From positions 56,792,001 to 56,856,000 of the forward strand of contig OZ024747.1 in the NCBI GenBank assembly GCA_964016885.1: 64,000 nt of DNA, in the 5' to 3' direction. Made by a program: the position numbers and the translations under genes. The notes beneath the pieces were generated by a model that was not told where the DNA came from, made no database searches, and saw only the letters and a list, made by a program, of their open reading frames with translations. Origin of the DNA: Eledone cirrhosa (lineage: Eukaryota). Shown piece by piece: positions 13,459 to 28,540 of the stretch (position 1 is the stretch's first letter; each line of letters opens with the position of its first letter).

Positions 13459-14354
13459 TATATATATGTCTGTGTGTATGCGTGTGAATGTACATATACA
13501 TATAGTGTTGTTTTATTTTTATAAAATATGTTCTTACAAGTTTTTCTTACCACATGTCAATTAGTATTGCAAGTGAAATAGTTAATTAATGGGCTGCCAA
13601 GACACATAAGATTGAATTAATACACATGTATTTGTTTTATTTGCTGCAACAGTAAACAACATTACTTTTCTTTATGTGAGCTTTTAATTATTTTAACTTC
13701 ACCAGATTTACTGGAATGTTATTGGAGTTTACCGGAAAAGCTACACATCACATAGTTTCCCATTGTCATTCACCTCAGGGGTTATTCATTCAAGTCTCAA
13801 AGTCCAATTCTTCTCACTACTAACTGTCAACATCATCATTATTATTATCATTAATAGAATTATCATCATCATTATTATTAGCATCATTATTATTATCATT
13901 ATTATCATTATTATTAAGGGTGGTGAATTGGCAGTATCGGTAGAGGGTCGGACGCCATGCCTTGACGCATAGAGTTACGGCCCTTGCCATTCTGAGTTCA
14001 AATCCCGCCGAGGTTAACTTTGCCTTTCATCCTTACGGGAGGTCGATAAAATAAAGTACCAGTAATGTACTGGGTAATTGCTGGCCTTGTGCCAATAGTA
14101 GAAACAGTTATTATCATTATTATCACCACCATCATTATCATTATCATTTTCATCATCATCATCGTTATTATTATCATTATTCGATAAAATAAAGTACCAG
14201 TAATACACTGGTTAATTGCTGGCCTTGTGCCAAATGTAGAAACAATTATTATTATCATCATCATCATCATCATCATCATCAACATCATCATCATTATCAG
14301 TATCATTGTCCTTGTCACCAACATCAACAATCTCATGTTCCTCCAGAAGTCCCA

Positions 14355-14822
14355 ACACCACTGCCACCACTACCACCACCATCAGCACTACCGCCACCAC
14401 TACCACCACCATCAGCACTACCACCACCACTACGACTACTACTACCACCACCTCTACTACTACTCCCACCACCACTTCTACTACTATTACTACTACCACC
14501 ACCACCACCACCACCTCTACTACTACTACCACCAGCACCACCACCTCTATTACTAATACTACTACTACTACCACCACCACCACCACTTCTACTACTAATA
14601 CTACTACTACTACTACAACCACCTCCACTTCTACTACTAACACCACCACCACCACCACCTCTACTACTACTACTACTACCACCACCACCACCTCTACTAC
14701 TACTACCACCACCACCACCTACTACTACTACTACTACCACCACCACCACCTCTACTACTAATACTACTACTACCACCACCACCACCTCTACTACTAATAC
14801 TACTACCACCACCACCACCACC

Positions 14823-14874
<52 letters not shown>

Positions 14875-14923
14875 TTACTCCTACCACCACCACCTCTACT
14901 ACTACTACCACCACCACCACCTC

Positions 14924-14958
<35 letters not shown>

Positions 14959-15032
14959 TCACCACCACCTCTACTACTACTACCACCACCACCTCTACTA
15001 CCACCACCACCACCACCACCTACTACTACTAT
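14355..15032. repeat. Compound (ACC)n/(ACT)n trinucleotide tract
   Basis: Directly visible. Source of the poly-T and poly-V ORFs. Confidence 0.95.
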
Positions 15033-15914
15033 TTATATATAATTATTCAACATTATCCAGTCCTTACTTACTCATCATTCACAACATCATTCTTTTTATT
15101 CTTACTATTATTCATTGGTGGATTGGCAACATTAGTAGAGTGTCGGACAGCATGCTTGAGTCATAGAGTTACGGCCCTTTGCGTTCTGAGTTCAAATCCT
15201 GCCGAGGTTAGCTTTGCCTTTTATCTTTACAGGATCGATAAAATAAAGTAGCAGTAATGTACTGGCATGGATTTAATCAACTCCCCCCCCCCCCCCCTCA
15301 CCCAAAATTGCTGGCCTTGTGCCTAAAGTAGAAACAATTATTATTATTATTGTTAAAAGATGGGTGAGAGAGAGAGAGGCAAGAATGGCCCGAGTGAATG
15401 GACCTACTCTGAGTATATGCCTGTAAATTGAAGGTGGAAAACTGGGAGAGGACACTTGCCCTGGTGGTCAGGGTCACCGTGGCTTTTTTTTTAATGGGCT
15501 TTCTCCAGGATGGCCCTCGGAAGTCTCCCCCCTATTGGGAAATTTTTCATTATTCTTTTATTACATGCTCTGTTTTTTTTTTTTTACACGCAGAAATGCC
15601 CATTTGTACCGTCCTGTATTGTCCTGTACTGTCCTTAATGTCTACTTTGTGTAAACCCTTGTGGTTAATAAAGAAAGCATTATTATTATTATTATTATTA
15701 TTATCATTACTGTGGTCGTTCTTGCTATCCCAGTTTCATTCTTGTGTGATATTGTTGCACACCTTGGTGTTGCGCTGTGCATCTTGTTTATTTGCAGTGT
15801 TTTCTCATGTAGTCTATTTAATATGAGTTCAATCCATAGTCATGCTGATTATTATGATGATGATGAAGATGATGATGATGTTAATGATTAAAATGATGTT
15901 TATGAGAATAATTA

Positions 15915-16705
15915 TGATTTCTGATTTAGGCATAAGGCCATCACTTTTGGGAGAGGGAAAAGTCATTTAAATCGACCCCAGTCCATTAATGGTGCTTTAT
16001 TTTATCAACCCTGCAAGGATGGAAAGTAAAGCTAACTTCAGTGGGATTTGAACTCAGAACGTAAAGGGCTGTAACTATATGCTGCAAAGCATGTTGTCCA
16101 ATGCCCTTCTGATACTGCCAATCTACCGTCCTATGAGAATAATAATTGTTTCTACGTTTGGCACAAGGCTAGTAATTACCCAGTGCATTACTGGTACTTT
16201 ATTTTATCGACCCCAGTAAGGATGAATGGCAAAGTTAACCTCGGCGGGATTTGAACTCAGAATGGCAAGGGCCGTAACTCTATACGTCAAAGTATGGCAT
16301 CCGACCCTCTACCGATACTGCCAATTCACCGCCCTATGAGAATAATAATTGTTTCTACTTTAGGCACAAGGCCAGCAATTACCCAGAGTGCATTACTGGT
16401 ACTTTATTTTATCGACCCCGTAAGGATGAAAGGCAAAGTCAACCTCGACGGGATTTGAGGTTGAATTTGCCTTTCATCCTATGAGAATAATAATGATAAT
16501 GGGCTCTACTTTAAGCATAAGGCCAACAATTTTGAGGGAGAGGAAAGTTGATTAAATCGGCCCCAGTACATTACTGGTGCTTTATCTATCAAGCTCATGT
16601 GTATAAAAAGTAAAGGTAATCTCAGCGAGATTTGAACTCAGAATGTAAAGAAACTTAACTCTATGCCTCACAGCATGTTGTCTGACGCTCTACAGATTCT
16701 GCCAA
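15915..16705 (-). mobile_element. Tandem cluster of four SINE copies
   Basis: Successive minus-strand SINE bodies separated by a repeated ctatgagaataataat linker. Confidence 0.75.
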
Positions 16706-17231
16706 TAATGATAATGCTGATGAGGATGATGATGATGACAATGACATTATTGTTGATGTCAATGGTGGTTAAGATGATGATGATGACAATAATGATGATG
16801 TTGATGATCATATAATCTACCTTTCATTTTTTTTAGTGCCAAGTGTAATAGACAAGAATTGGTTTGGGAAAAACAAGTTCATATTTCAATAGAAATTGCA
16901 TATTCAATAAATAAATAAATTTAAAAACAATTCAACAAGGCTGAATTCAATTATTCACAAATTTTAAAGGAATTTCAACTGAATATATCCAAACAATTTC
17001 TTTAAATAAGTAAATCTTTGTTTCAACAGTTTTACCATTCTCAAGCTTCACAATGCCAGCTCAGCTATTAATGGTGTTGTTTACAGGATATTTTAGATTT
17101 TTACATCTATTAGTTGTTGGTTTTTAAAAATATTTTTACAAAACTATAGAATATATAATAGGTGCATGAGGGGTGATATATGTTTATATTAGCACATATC
17201 TTTAAATATCTTACAGAGTATATACATATAT

Positions 17232-17271
<40 letters not shown>

Positions 17272-17584
17272 ATATATATATATATATATATATATATTCA
17301 TATATATATATGTTTTTGTGCATATAAAAGTACATATACAGCTGTATATTATTATGTATTTGTATACATTGAGTCTTATATGTGTATATGTGTTTGGTTG
17401 AGTGTATCACTTTGCATATATATTGAATTTCATAAATTTATTATATTTTTTAAATGTTATCCTAAATAGGATATTTCTTAGAAAAGAATTCTATAAATTT
17501 TCTTAAAATATTCCTTTATTAAAAACAAAATATGTGTATGTAGATATGTAGATATTTGTTTACGCTCAATCACACACATATATG

Positions 17585-17627
<43 letters not shown>

Positions 17628-17844
17628 GTATGTGTTTCTGTGTACGCATGTATGAATATATTTGTATGTTGTTTTTATATGTATGTATTGTATTGTATGA
17701 ATATGTATATTATAAAATTGAGATTTAAAAAAAAAGTCTTTTCATTCAGTGTAATATGCATAGAATTGTGAACTGACACATCACAGATTTTTTCATAGAA
17801 TACCATTCATTGATGACACAATATACATACACACACACACAAAA

Positions 17845-17910
<66 letters not shown>

Positions 17911-18520
17911 ATCTGTGCATTTTTGTGTATCTACATATGTTTGAGTAATATATTGTAAAAGAGAAAACTCAAATATACGAATTCATTATATATATATATG
18001 CGGTGGGTTGGCAGTATTGGTAGAGGGTCGGACGCCATGCTTTGACGCATAGAGTTACGGCCCTTGCTATTCCGAGTTCAAATCCTGCTGAGGTTAACTT
18101 TGCCTTTCATCCTTACGGGGTCGATAAAATAAAGTACCGGTAGTGCTCTGGGATAATTGCTGGCCTTGTGCCAAAAGTAGAAACAATTATATATATATAT
18201 ATATTGGTATATTAACTGTGACTTTGCTCAATGCCATTCTACACTACAGAATAGTTTAACATATTTTTAACTAACATTTTATACATAGGTAGATGTAAAC
18301 ACTTACTGAGTGACTCGGTACAATCATTAAAGTCTTGACATGATGCACTAATGATTTAGCAGAAAGTGATTAAAAACATACTTGTTAATTCAAATGTGTT
18401 CATTATCTTTACTAGTGGACAGATCATCAAGAAAATTTGCAATAAACTAAAGTAATCATGTTAAGTTTTAATGTGATGTAGTCAGAGTGTTATAATAGTT
18501 TTCTTCATCTTCAATTTTAA

Positions 18521-18743
18521 CCCTTTAGCATTTACATTACTTTATATATACTAGTTTGTTCTCATGATAAAGACTTTAAACTCATATAATTATCTCACAT
18601 AATATCGAATCTATGAGACTTTGATATTATTTATTTTAAGAAACAATACTTTAACATCCGTATGAGTGGCCAGTTACAGTCAGTTTGAATAGAAAGGGAT
18701 GAGAGAATTCTGGCCAAATATGGCTGGTTTAAAAGCTAAAGAG
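18521..18743. mobile_element. piggyBac-like MITE candidate
   Basis: TTAA-CCCTTTAGC ... GCTAAAGAG-TTAA. The right end is partly duplicated at ~18765-18840. Confidence 0.45.
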
Positions 18744-21667
18744 TTAATGTCAGTATGAGCAGGTGTTATGGCTGGTTTGAACAGAAAGAGGTGAGAGAAT
18801 TCTGGCTGGATACAGCTGGTTTAAATTCTACAGAGTTAATAAACATATATTTCACTATTTTTAATTTATTGCTTTATCAACAACTTTCAGATCCTTATAT
18901 GACTGGAGGGAATGGAGGGGAAAATATTCTCAAACTGGAAACTTGGCCAAAATGTTAGTCATCAAGGAAATACATATTTCGTCGTACAGATAAGGTCCTG
19001 CTCCCTACAATCTATCTTTCAGGACCATATGAACCTCACCAATACCACTACCACTGTGTTTTGAAAAACCGAAATATTTTACTTAATACTTTACCTTTTC
19101 CTGGGCAAATAACTTGAGCAAGAAGACACTCTCTATTATTACATACCTTTGGTTTATTCCTGGAGTTGACTCTTGTGTTGTAACATGCTTTTTTACTTGA
19201 AAAACTAAAAGATGATGTTGTTATTTTTGTTGATGAGATTTCTATTATTGTCAGTTAAATCTGAAGTGTTGTTCTCATTTAACTTTTGAGCTTATCAAAT
19301 AGTAAATTTGTATGCCTATATCTGTTTATTGTATTTTTTAATCTGTCATTGTGTTTCTAATAATTTTGTAGGTGAGGTACTACACCAAAGTGAAAAAGCA
19401 TCTCTGGATGTTTCTATCAAGGTGACATTACGGGGTCGATAAAATAAAGTACCAGTAATGTACTGGGTAATTGCTGGCCTTGTGTCAAAAGTAGAAACAA
19501 TTATTGAAGTATTAAGGTGCGTGACTTTGTGGTTAAAGAGTTGCATTCAAAATTGTGTGGTTACGAGTTCAATTATTGGACCAGGTGATTTGTTGTATCC
19601 TTCATCAAACACTTTATTTCATGTTGTTTCTTCTGCCAGGAGTTGCGACTGGTAGATAGTATCAGCAATGGAGAGACCATGGAAACAAAAGTTTCCTTTG
19701 TCCAATTTACCGAGGTCCACTCCACTTGGCAAGTGAATGAAATCTGGGATTTTGTTGATTGATCAGAGTAAGCGACTGATAAACAAACGAAAATGGATGT
19801 TTGCAAAATTTCAGACAATAAAATATTCAAGTATATTCAAGTATAAACTATCTATTATCCAGTTAATAAGTGGATGTTTTGATATTCCAAGGACACTTAT
19901 TGGTTTGTTTGTTTTTCATCAAGTAGTCATTCTAAGTAGATTTCTATCAAAATCTGTATCGACAGAAAACAAATAATAATAATGATGATGTTGATAAAAA
20001 CAACAACAATCTTAATGATTATTACTAATTTAGGCACAAGATTAGTAATTAGTAGAGTAGCGAAAAGTCAATTATATCATCCCCAGTACTTGATTGGTAC
20101 TTTAATTTTGTGATGATGGAAATATGAAAGGCAAAGTCAGTTTTGGCAGGATTTAAACTCAGAACATAAAGTGCCATAACTAAATACTAGAATAACAAAT
20201 GACAACCTCTAGTGCTGGTGCCAAGATAATGAGCACCTGTTTCAGCCTGTAAATTGGTAGTGCTGGTACCATGGTAAAAGGCATGCAGTCCATAGAGTAA
20301 AAGGTAAAAGGCACTCATCCATAGAGTAAAATGATTGTGCAGCTAGCATGAAAGCATGCACCCAGTACACCCTGTAGGTTGGTTTTGGGTATTAGAAAGG
20401 GAACAAGCCGAAGCTAAAGCATATAGACAATATGCCCCCACACCCTCCCACTGCAACGTGGTCATGGAGGTGCCACGGCAAAAAAGCACCCAGCACTCAC
20501 TGTAAATGAGGTTGGTGTTAGGAAGGGCATCCAGCTGTAGAAATCAAGCCAGAATCAGTTCCTGTATGAGCAAGACAAAGTCAGCCAACTGGACACTACC
20601 CAGAACAGGACAACCCGTCTAACCCATGCTAGCGTGGAAGAATGGACGTAAAACGATGATGATGATGATGGTGTACATAAGTTATATAATTATTTATTAT
20701 ACAAATAAAAGTACAAAATGGGAAGATTGAAGTATCATCCATTTATATTTTGTCTGCATATAAGGACTCACAGTTGACAAAGTACTGAATAGTATAACTA
20801 TATCAAGAAAAATAATCGTTTCTGATTTAGGTACAAAGCCAACAATTTAAGGGTTGGGAAAGTTGGCTAAATAGACCCAGTGTATTACTGGTACTTTATT
20901 TCATCGACCCCATAAGGATGAATGGCAAAGCTAACCTTGGCAGAATTTGAACTCAGAACTTAAAGAACCATAACTGTATACCACAAAGCATATTGTCTGG
21001 TGCTCTGCAGATACTGCTTATCCAATGCCCTTGATCATCATCATCATCATCGTTTAACGTCTATCTTCCATGCTAGCATGAGTTTAGACGGGAATTGTCC
21101 AACTTGAGGCAAGATTGGTTGTCTTGCTCGTATAGGACTATCAGGCGGGTTTTCTATGGCTGGATGCCCTTCCTAACACCAACCACGTTTACAGTGTGTA
21201 CTGGGAGGTTTTTACCGTGTTACCTACATGGTCACATTACAGCGTGGACTGTGTGTTTTTTGTTGTGACACCTACACGACCTCATTTATTTAGGACTGGA
21301 TGTTGTGGCAGCAACATAACTTTACAGAGAAAGGGGTGGTGTTGATGGGGGTCGGGGTAGGGGTAGTGGGATGGGGGTGTATTTTTGATATCAAGAATAT
21401 TAATAGTTGATGTTTACACAAGTTATTCTTTTCTATACATGTTTCAATGGAGCTACTTAGCTGTTATGTAGCCATATTAGTAATCTGTGTGTGTGTGTTT
21501 GGGTGTGTTTTTCATTCATGGGCTTAGAAGTGTATATATAACATCATGTATATATATATATTGACCTGTAAATCTTGCTAGAGTCGCAGGGGTGCTGTAG
21601 TGGGCATTTTAAACTTGGAGGAGACTATCCCTCTCCAGGCATGAAACAGCTGATTCTTCCAGAACAG

Positions 21668-21723
<56 letters not shown>

Positions 21724-22084
21724 TCGAGATGAAATGAAAAAGAGATATAATTGTTTCTACTTTTTGGCACAAGGCCAACAATTATCCCAGTGTATTACTG
21801 GTACTTTATTTTATCGACCTCGTAAGGATGAAAGGCAAAGTTAACCTCGGCGGGATTTGAACTCAGACCATAAAGGGCCGTAACTCTTTGCTGCAAAGCA
21901 TGGCGTCCGACCCTCTACCAATACTGCCAATCCACCGAGAAAGAGATATAATAGAAAAATCAACCTCAGTTCTGGTAGTTTTATTTTATCAACTTCAAAA
22001 TGATAAAAGACAAAGATGACCATAAAGTTGAACATAGCAACATTTGAATTTAGAGTGAGAGGTCTAGAATCATCATCATCATCA

Positions 22085-22415
22085 TCATTTCATTTTATGT
22101 CCGCTTTTCCCTGCTTGCAAGGGTGGGGCGGGAACTGATGCTGGCTTGATTTCTACAGCTGGATGCCCTTCCTAACACCAACCTCATTTACAGTGAGTGC
22201 AGGGTGCTTTTTTGCCGTGGCACCTCCACGACCACTTTGCAGTGGAATGATAGGGACCCCAGTCCCTATCATCTCATTTCTACAGCTGAGTAAACTGGAG
22301 CAATGTGAAATAAAGTGTCTTGCTCAAGGAAACAACACATCACCCGGTCTGAGAATTGAACTCACAACCTTTCGATTGCAAGGCCAATGCTCTAACCACT
22401 AAGCCATGTGCCTCC
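22085..22415 (-). mobile_element. CORE-like SINE with RTE tail (second copy)
   Basis: Near-identical reverse complement of 600-945. Confidence 0.8.
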
Positions 22416-22882
22416 ATGTATACCACAAAGCATTTTGTCCAATGTGCTCACAATGGTACAAATTCACTACCTATGAGTTTAGAAGGACATATTTATAAAT
22501 AGGTATAGGAAATGAGTCTACCAAAAAAAAAAAAAAGTAAGAAAGGTAGAGGGTGGGAGGAACAAGCAATTGAATTTGAACATATAAAAAATGTATAAGA
22601 AACATCAAATTGTCAGATATATGTATATAGTTACAGATATACAGAGATAGAATCACATAAGTAAGCCACATGAGCAAACATATATACAAAACTCATATAT
22701 GTTAATATATATAGTCACATAATTAAATGTATGTATATAATGTTATATATAAATATATACATAAAGTCACATATGTAAACATATACATAAGTGTATGAAT
22801 TTCAATATGATTTTCAGATGAAATTTAAAAATAAATTGCATATGAATTGAAAACATTAGCTTTGTGTATTGGAAAATGACTG

Positions 22883-22993
<111 letters not shown>

Positions 22994-23048
22994 AAGGAAA
23001 CTGAATATTGCATTAAAAAAAGGTGTTTAATATTTACTTATATCTATG

Positions 23049-23109
<61 letters not shown>

Positions 23110-23367
23110 ATATATATGCGTGTGTGTGAGTATGCATGTCTATATATACTTATAAAAAGTGAAGAATTTAAACCTAATTGAATTTCAGGAAAAATATGTC
23201 TAAGAGAACATTCTATTGAAAATATTGAATAAAACTGGAATTCATTCAAGACATTTGTTCATATCAATTGAGGGTTTTGTGCAAAATAAAAGTGCCTATA
23301 TATATATATATATATGTACATATACATTATAAATATATCAATATATATATATACATTAATATAAATA

Positions 23368-23476
<109 letters not shown>

Positions 23477-23728
23477 ATATATATATTTAACAATATGCAT
23501 ATATATAGATGTTTCTTTATATTTTTTCCTTATATTTCTATAACAAGATATACATCTATAAGAATCATGTATGTATAATTACCAACATTGAATTCAATGA
23601 AAATTAAGAACTTGTTTTTTTAATAATTTCAATAACGAATATATATTTCAATTTTTACCTTATATATACATTGTTGTGCACAATAGAAAATTTTGATGGT
23701 GTTTTGTGTAGTTATAAATATACATATT

Positions 23729-23782
<54 letters not shown>

Positions 23783-24344
23783 TTGGTATTCATACTTACA
23801 CTCAAATTCTATAGAATATTTTAAATTGATACTTGAAGTGATGGACGGAATCCATTCTCTTGCATCATACCAGTCTTTGTTCTGGGACTAATTTTAGACA
23901 TGTCTTTTATTTAACAGAACTATTTCAGTTGTTTCACTAAATATTTTCAAGAATCAAATGTAAGATCTTCCAAAAAACTTTGACTTAAGAAATGGGAAAT
24001 ACAATACAAGATTCATTTGCCATTATTAATACCTTAACAATATCTTGGAATGTTTATGAAATAATTTAAAATTTGTAAAAAAAAAAAATTTAAAAAAAAA
24101 AAGCAATAGAAAAGTAAAAAAATATATATTGTATGGAATTTCTTCAAATAATCATTTTCTGTATGAGAAACATAATGACATACTAACACTATTGGTAGTT
24201 CAAATATGAATGGTGATATTCTCCATTTTATGCTGTAAAAACTGGCGATGGACCTGTGACTTGTTCTGAGAGGTTTGGGATAGAAACACAAATATTGTAT
24301 ATCCTGAGACTGCAAAGAGGGTCTAGAAGAGAGCAATTCATAGC

Positions 24345-25140
24345 AAATGGAACCTGGAACATCACATTCCTTACAGATAAGTAGCAGGAACTACTGGAGC
24401 AGGAACTAGATGTTACCAGTTACATATAGTCAGGGTTCCCTCAACAAAGTTCCATGGCTCTGGTACTGTAGATTTGAAACTTCATAATCCAGATTTGAAA
24501 CTTCATAATCCAGGTGTGGTGCCAGAAATGATTGAGTAGGTGGGACTGGGGACACTTACAAGCCCCCAGCAGTCAGAATGTATTATGGACTAGATCCCAT
24601 TAGGAAGGAGAATTTGCCTCTTGAAGCTTAGACTAAAAGATATATCGCTTTATTCACCAAACAAGGAGTCTTAATACAAATCCTTCCTTGATGAAGTCAC
24701 TGCATATATCTTATTGGGAGACATCAATGCAAATGTTGGCACTGACTACCTGACATGGAAAGGAATATTGGAAAGAGTGGCAATCCCTATCTAAATACAA
24801 ATGGTCATGCCTCGCTAGACTTCTGTCCTATCATGTACTCTCTAATACTCTTTCAGCACAGAGACATCCATAAATATACATGGTATAAGGGGAATCAGGG
24901 ACAGAGATCAATAAGTGATTTTCTTATTGTCTCTGATCTCTCCGATTCTGTGCTGGATGCTCATGTTAAGGTAGGGGCTGAGTTGTCAACTGACCACCAT
25001 CTAGTTATCTGCAATTTGAGACTACCTTAACCCAAAGAAACCGACAAAACTGGAAGATCCAGGGTGACTTACATCATAAAGTGGGAACTGTTTGTAGATA
25101 AGGAAGTCAGGACAAGGTATGTGCCTACTATTGCATCCAA
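24345..25140 (+). pseudogene. Decayed RTE-clade LINE AP-endonuclease fragment
   Basis: ORF 24755-25030 contains HKYTW...SISDFLIVSD...GAELSTDHHLV (APE domain motifs). Upstream WNITF and LLGDINA remnants. Confidence 0.75.
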
Positions 25141-25149
25141 ATTTATAAA

Positions 25150-25760
25150 GAAAAGAATTTGAAAATGCAACTGGAGTCTTTTAAGAATACTTATTTACTT
25201 TACCGGTTTCACAGTTCTTATGATTATCAATAGTAAAATTGAGATGAGGGTTTGTGTTTCTGTTGTGGTGTGTTTTACATCAGATGCAAGACACACCACA
25301 ACAGAATTTTACTATTAATAATCATAAGAACTGTGAAACTGGTAAAGTAAATAAATATTCTTAAAAGACTCCAGTTGCATTTTCAAATTCTTTTCCTTAT
25401 ATATTTATCCATGTGGGACATTTATAAAAAATCTTACTTTTTATATATATATATAAGGAAAAGAAATCAAAAATGCAGCTGGAGTCTTTTTTAAGAATAT
25501 TTATTTATTTACTTTATCGGTTTCACAGTTCTTATGCTTTTCAAAAGTAAAACTGAGATGGAGTGTTTGTGGTTTGTCTTGCATGTGATTCATATTCACA
25601 AGTTCTTTCTTATTTATGCAGAAAGAGTTGCTCAAATTTCTGGTGTTTTTTAAAAGTAATTTGGTTGGTTGATGACAATCACGTGAATAATTACAATAAA
25701 GTTTACGCTAGTTTGTATTCCAAAATTCTTATTGTATTTGCCTTAAAAAATGTGGCTCAA
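25150..25760. mobile_element. Fold-back element plus adjacent copy, carrying three U3-A8 variant HHR motifs
   Basis: Inverted repeat 25150-25395. Minus 25194-25237 reads tttacta TTGATAA tcataagaactgt GAA ACCGGT A aagtaaa. Minus 25508-25551 reads tttactt TTGAAAA gca taagaac tgt GAA ACCGAT A aagtaaa. Confidence 0.65.
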
Positions 25761-26625
25761 ATTGTGTTTTTTTTTTAAAGTGTAATATTTGTTGGTCGAT
25801 GACTGTCACATAAGTAAGTACATCAAATTTTGCAACAGTTTATGTTTGAAGGTTCTTTATTGAATTTGCCATTTTAATTGTTGGTCAGTCACATGATTGG
25901 CCATATAAAATAGGTGCCAGAAAAGAATGGTTGTCATAGAAAGTTTTGTGCCAAACAAAAGATAATGGTCAAGGAATGGGAGGAGGATGAATAGTTCTGG
26001 TTCAGTGAGTATGGCTGATGTCATGCTGAGGTGTCAAAATTCAGACTTTCTATTGAAATAAATTGAATGTTTGTGTTGATAGTATAGTGGTGGTGGCAGG
26101 GTAGAAAAGAGAAATATATTTTTTTATTTGCATGTGGCTGTGTGTGTGATTTATATATATATTTAGCAGTATCGGTAGAAGGTCGGACGCCATGCTTTCC
26201 AGCATAGTTACGTCCCTTTACGATCTGAGTTCAAATCCCGCCGAGGTTGACTTTGCCTTTCATCCTTACGGGGTCGATAAAATAAAGTACCAGTAATGCA
26301 CTGGGTTTTTGCTGGCCTTGTGCCTAAATTAGAAACAATTATCAGGCTAAAATTCCTTTAGTCAAAAATACGGTGAAAGCTATTCTATTTTCTAATTTCA
26401 AACCTGCTCACTGTTTCAAAACATACTTACTTGATATATAGATATATAGATATAAATCAAAATGGATGCAGTCAGAGTACTCGATACTTGGGGTAGTAGA
26501 GTATCGTGAAATGTAAGAGTTAGGACCCTAATGGCTGAGCTCTTGAGGTTTCAACAGCTAATTCGGAACTAGATGTTGAAACGGCAAGAGCTCAGCTGGC
26601 GGGGTCTCGACTCTTTCATATATAA

Positions 26626-26701
<76 letters not shown>

Positions 26702-26782
26702 GTTATTCCGGGTTGAGTCAGAGGTAACCACAGTAAGTAAGGTACTCAATACATTGCAGAGTATAAAAGTTTTAATATAGAT

Positions 26783-26835
26783 GAGATTCTACAGGACTAG
26801 AACTGTTTCATTCTTTAGAAATCATCAGGAATCTC
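26783..26835 (-). ncRNA. Type I hammerhead ribozyme (intact core)
   Basis: gagattc CTGATGA t ttc taaa gaa t GAA ACAG ttctagtc CTGT A gaatctc: 7-bp stem I, 4-bp stem III, GUA cleavage triplet. The inverted twin at 26837-26889 has GAA changed to CAA. Confidence 0.8.
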
Positions 26836-27348
26836 TGAGATTCCTGATGATTTCTAAAGAATCAAACAGTTCTAGTCCTGTATAATCTTATCTATATATA
26901 TATATATATATATATTGTGTGTGTGTATGTATGTGTGTAAATATTCTATAAAAATATATATGAACAGAATATTTGCTCACAGACACATATCTGTATACAC
27001 ATACTTTTAGAGGGGCACATGTACAGGAGTGTAGATAAATGAATATATACAAATGCAGAAAACCACAAAATATTCATCAGAATTTCCAAGTATATTAGCT
27101 ATTTGCCAAAGTTAGGAAATACCATGTTTGCTCAAAGATATATGAGTTATATTAGTGGAGTAATTCTATCCAACTAACATTATAATGGCACCAAAGACTG
27201 ACCTAAAGTCTTGCTTTTAGTCAATGAACTTGATATATTCATGAGAGTTTGCTCATCATGCAGCTTTGGAAACTACTATTCCCGCTCACTGGAAATCACT
27301 GTAAATGATTTATGTATTCATATATGTATGTATTTATGTTTGTATGCA

Positions 27349-27392
<44 letters not shown>

Positions 27393-27466
27393 CATGTGTG
27401 TTTGTGTCTGTGTGAGCCTGTTTATGTATGTATGTGTGCGCACTCACACACATACATATTTATATT

Positions 27467-27510
<44 letters not shown>

Positions 27511-28189
27511 TTTATATACATATGCATATATGTAAATTTCTCTCTCACCCTCTCTTTACATTTATATTTATGTATATATGCAACTCTCTCTCTCTCTCTC
27601 TCTCTCTCAATTTGTCACAGTAAGTAAATGCCTTAATGAAGAGTTGTAGTAGATTAGTAATTTTTTAAGGTGGGATCAAAGCAGCCTTGATCTGATAACT
27701 CTGTAGATGAAGTTGATGTCTTCATGATAAAGCTTTGCATTTGTAGAATTGGCCAAATGGTTAGAATGTTGGTATTTGTTCCAGTTCTTTGTGCGCTGAG
27801 GTCAACTTTGTTCTTTTATACTTTCATGATTAATGAATGAAATCCCAGTCCAGATCACTGGATTGGTGGAATCTGATCCAGAGCTTTACATTCTGAAGTC
27901 AAATTTCACATCCTTCTACCAGAAGTTGTGACTAGCCAAATGCATCAACAATGAGAAGACCAATGAAGTTTCCTTGGTATGAGCCAGCAATCGTCCCAAT
28001 GCCTTTTTTGTAGGAGAATTAAAGTGCTGTGATCCTGTGTTTATATCAGGAAATTATTTCATTGTTTATTCAGATGATTGTCATTAGCGAATAGAGTTGC
28101 TTAGCTTTCTTTGAACATAAATTGCAAGGTCATTTATTTCTAATATATGAGCTAACCATGAACACTATTTAATATTTGAGCAAGGAGTT

Positions 28190-28540
28190 AGCATTCTATC
28201 TCGGGTTAGACTTTCTGGATAATACTGGATACTTCTATTTTTTTATACTACACTTTAAGACAGTTGAGGCCTTAACCTACACAGATTTTCTCTCTAACTA
28301 TCCCTAAAACATAATTAATAATCTTGATAAGAACATTTTCTTTTATTTTCTCAAACCTTTCTGTGAACTTATACATTTTTAGTGAAATTGAACCTTATTA
28401 CAATGAAGCACTTATTAGAAGTGATTTTATAGAGACACTGTACTATCTAAAACTGACCAGTTGAAAATAATACTCAGTAAAAATAGAAACATTAGCAAAA
28501 CAAGATATAGAATATGGTGTAATCACTCATTTAACTTAAC
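28190..28540 (+). pseudogene. Decayed Penelope-like RT C-terminal fragment
   Basis: Translates IFSEIEPYYNEALIRSDFIETLYY and RYRIWCNHSF, resembling PLE motifs PxYxxALxxSGY and RKIIWFNPPF (recalled, not aligned). Confidence 0.5.

Noticed and set aside
14212-15019. Mucin-like or extensin-like poly-Thr, poly-Val and poly-Pro ORFs (also 31.7-32.3 and 45.7-47.2 kb)
   Set aside because: Trinucleotide tracts open in several frames on both strands, with no splice or domain support.
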